Shown here: positions 61,406 to 64,000 of the stretch, piece by piece | Numbering within the stretch: the stretch's first letter is position 1 | Layout: each line of letters opens with the position of its first letter | From: a plasmid | Reading direction: 5' to 3' (one strand) | DNA: 64,000 nucleotides | Sequence record: CP063550.1 | Translations under genes and position numbers: made by a program | Notes under the pieces: model-generated | Seen by the model: only the letters and a program-made list of their open reading frames with translations | What the model was told of the DNA's origin: nothing | Database searches by the model: none

Positions 61406-62353
61406 ATGCCCGCACGTATTCATCACATTTCTATTGTGAATCGCTTTATTCGACCGACATTTGACTTTTATCATAATATACTCGGTTTAAAATTACTAAT
61501 GAAAACAATTAATCAAGACGATCATACCATGTATCACCTGTTTTTTTCAGATAATCACCACCGTGTGGGAACTGAACTGACTTTTTTTGAAGTACAAGAA
61601 GGGAACAACCAGTTTTTTGGAACCAATACGATTGAACGAACGATACTAAAAGTTCCTTCCGAAGCATCATTGCATTTTTGGGAAATATATTTTGAAACAC
61701 AAGGCGTTTGCCATTATGGAATCGAATCATTTTCTGGACGACCTATCTTACGTTTTGAAGGGCCAGATGCAACACGATTAGCTTTAGTTCCCTTACGCGA
61801 ATTTGAAGATATTGATGATTATTTCCCGTATGTCACAGACCAGATCCCTACAGAGCATGCCATTTTAGGAATTGATGCCATTCAACTACGCGTACAATAT
61901 TCCGATGCGACTGAACGAGAGTTATTGTCGGTAGGCTGGTAGCACAAAGAATACGTCAGTTTCTTTTCGGGTCATCAACGAGTGACAATCTTAGAAAATC
62001 AAGACACTCAGTTCTATCAAGAAGTTCAGATTATTCAAGATCGTGAGAATCCAGTTGCCATTGAAGGGATTGGTAGCGTCCATCATGTTGCGTTTGGCGT
62101 AGAAAATAAATCTGATTTACAACGCATCGACAAACAATTACAAGAGCGCAATTTTATAAATTCAGGAATAAAAGATCGTGAATTTTTTGTATCACTTTAT
62201 TATCGTGACCCAAATCAATTATTGATTGAAATTGCTACAGGGGAAGGAAACCTAGATGCAAAAGCGTATGAAAATCAAAGTCCACGCTTTGAAGAAATTC
62301 CTTTATTTTTACCGCAGTACTTAAATTTCATTCGTGAACAAGTGGAGCAATAA
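61406..62353 (+). pseudogene. two-domain VOC/glyoxalase-family protein (ring-cleaving dioxygenase-like), interrupted by an in-frame TAG at 61940-61942
   Basis: ORFs 61406-61942 and 61982-62353 are in the same frame, separated only by TAG. Both halves carry a VOC beta-alpha-beta-beta-beta module. Confidence 0.7.
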
Positions 62354-62623
62354 TTAGCTAATCAAATCCATGACGAAGAGTAAGAGGTTGACTCATAAGT
62401 CAAAAAATAAAGAAAAACGCATCAAATCCATTCTAAAGAATGTTGATTTGATGCGGTTCCTATTTTTATAAACTATCATTTTCGACTAATAAAACTACTT
62501 ATGAGTCAGCCTCTCTTTTTTTCTTGATTTTTATACCTCTTTCTAGGTAAACTAAACATCTGCCAAAAATACCGTGTCTCATTGAAACATTCTCAACTAT
62601 TTCAAAATAAAGGGGAGTACCAA

Positions 62624-63060
62624 ATGAACGAGTATATTGAAATTATCCACGCAAGAGAAACAACTTAAAAATGTCAGTCTCAAAATTCCCAAAAATAAAA
62701 TTAGTATTTTTACCAGCGTATCTGGTTCAGGAAAATCATCGATTGTTTTTGATACTATTACCCAAGAAGCTGGTCGTCAACTGAATGACACCTATGATAG
62801 TTTTACCCGTTTATTTTTACCTAAATACAGTCGTCCAGAGGTTGATGAGATTGATAATCTTTCTACGGCGATTGTGGTCAATCAAAAGAAGATTGGTGGC
62901 AGTGCGCGCTCAACGTTAGGGACGATTACTAACATCAATGCGTTATTTCGTGTGTTGTTTTCATGTTTTGCAACACCTAGTTTAGGATATGCAAATGCTT
63001 ATTCATTTAATGATCCTAGTGGAATGTGTTCTGTCTGTCAGGGAATCGGTAAGACGATTG
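62624..63060 (+). pseudogene. UvrA-paralogue (ABC-ATPase) N-terminal fragment, frameshifted near codon 12
   Basis: 'NVSLKIPKNKISIFTSVSGSGKSSIVFDTI...VVNQKKIGGSARSTLGTITNI' is the UvrA N-terminal ATP-binding half. ATG 62624 is in a different frame from the body. Confidence 0.65.
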
Positions 63061-63908
63061 CATTTTTAATAGGATTGCTTTATTTTTCGGCTATTGATAA
63101 TGCTGATTTTGTATTTTCTGATCCATTTACCGCAGAAGTTTTGTCTGGAATTGAGGAACAGGCAAAGAATCATGGTTATTTTGTATTGGTGCATAATGTT
63201 AATTCAGCAGAAGATGTTAAAACTATTCAGAGAAATTGGCGTTTTGAGGGGTTCATTGTTGTTGGTGTACGTGTAAAAGAATTTTTGGAATTAAATAACG
63301 TTTTTGATGGTCCTGTTGTTTATATTGATACGCATCTTTCAAAAGAGACATTAAGAGAACTTGAACAACAAATGAATCGTTTATTTGTAAATACAAATGA
63401 TTACCAAGCTAGTACATTGGCAGTGGAACATTTGATTCATTATGGTCATGAGAAAATAGCGTTTCTTTCTTTTGACTACATTGTAGGTGAACCAAGTGTT
63501 ATTCAAGAACGACATCAAGCTTATATCGATACATTAAAGAAATATCATTTAACCTTTAAATCGCATTGGATATATAACAACTCTGAATTTGAGCGAATTT
63601 ATCAAGAATTAGCTGAATTTACTGCAATTGTTGTTACTGGAGATTATTTAGCGGCTAAATTAGTAAAATTTTTAAAAAATAAGAATAAACGAGTGATGGA
63701 ACAATTATCGATTATTGGATTTGATGATATTACTTTTGCAGAATTAATGGATCCTGCGTTGACAACAATACGACTAAATCCAGGTAACAAGGGGGCGATT
63801 GCTTTTCACCAACTGATTGGACTGGCCAAACAAGAAGAAATAAAAAATCAAGTACTACTATTAGAGGGAGAATTGATTTCTCGAGACTCTGTTCACAAAA
63901 TCAAATAA
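63061..63908 (+). pseudogene. LacI-family regulator ligand-binding domain fragment, fused in frame to the uvrA-like fragment
   Basis: 'IIGFDDITFAELMDPALTTIRLNP' is the typical LacI C-terminal block. There is no HTH domain. Confidence 0.55.
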
Positions 63909-64000
63909 AAAAGCTCTGTGAAATAAGTATAGTTAACAATAAAATATCCGAACGATAGAGAGAATGAACTGTGATCTAGCAGTTCCTCGTCGCAAATTCA

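Overview
This is a low-GC Firmicutes mosaic of plasmid or accessory origin. The IS1216-type IS6 elements, a PrgP/PrgO-like partition module, RelE/HigB-type toxin-antitoxin pairs and an IS256 relative point to Enterococcus by family resemblance. The window is broken up by at least 13 insertion sequences or IS fragments: six IS6-family copies of two sequence types plus a recombinant hybrid, two IS30-family copies plus two fragments, IS982, an IS3-family element, IS256, IS21 and IS110 fragments, and a Tn3-family res/tnpA remnant. Cargo includes a sucrose/fructan-type ABC transporter with a GH32 hydrolase and fructokinase, a lactose-PTS lacF/E/G cluster rearranged by IS1216, a galactitol-type PTS with the tagatose-6-P genes lacABCD, a complete type I R-M system (hsdMSR) and two toxin-antitoxin pairs. 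The most interesting content is three small gene modules sitting between IS elements that I could not assign to a described system. (i) An XRE regulator, an unknown 280-aa protein and a 606-aa DEDDh (DnaQ-like) exonuclease with a NUMOD-like DNA-binding tail. (ii) A PD-(D/E)xK-like nuclease plus an ASCH (PUA-like) protein placed divergently from hsdMSR. (iii) A HigBA-like TA pair followed by a DUF4062-like protein. I also see sequence-level evidence for an IS1216-mediated inversion that scrambled an ancestral lacG-lacF-lacE operon, for orphan iteron-like repeats, and for a family of TACTACC palindromes at two distant loci. All protein assignments come from reading motifs in the supplied translations; nothing was searched against a database.
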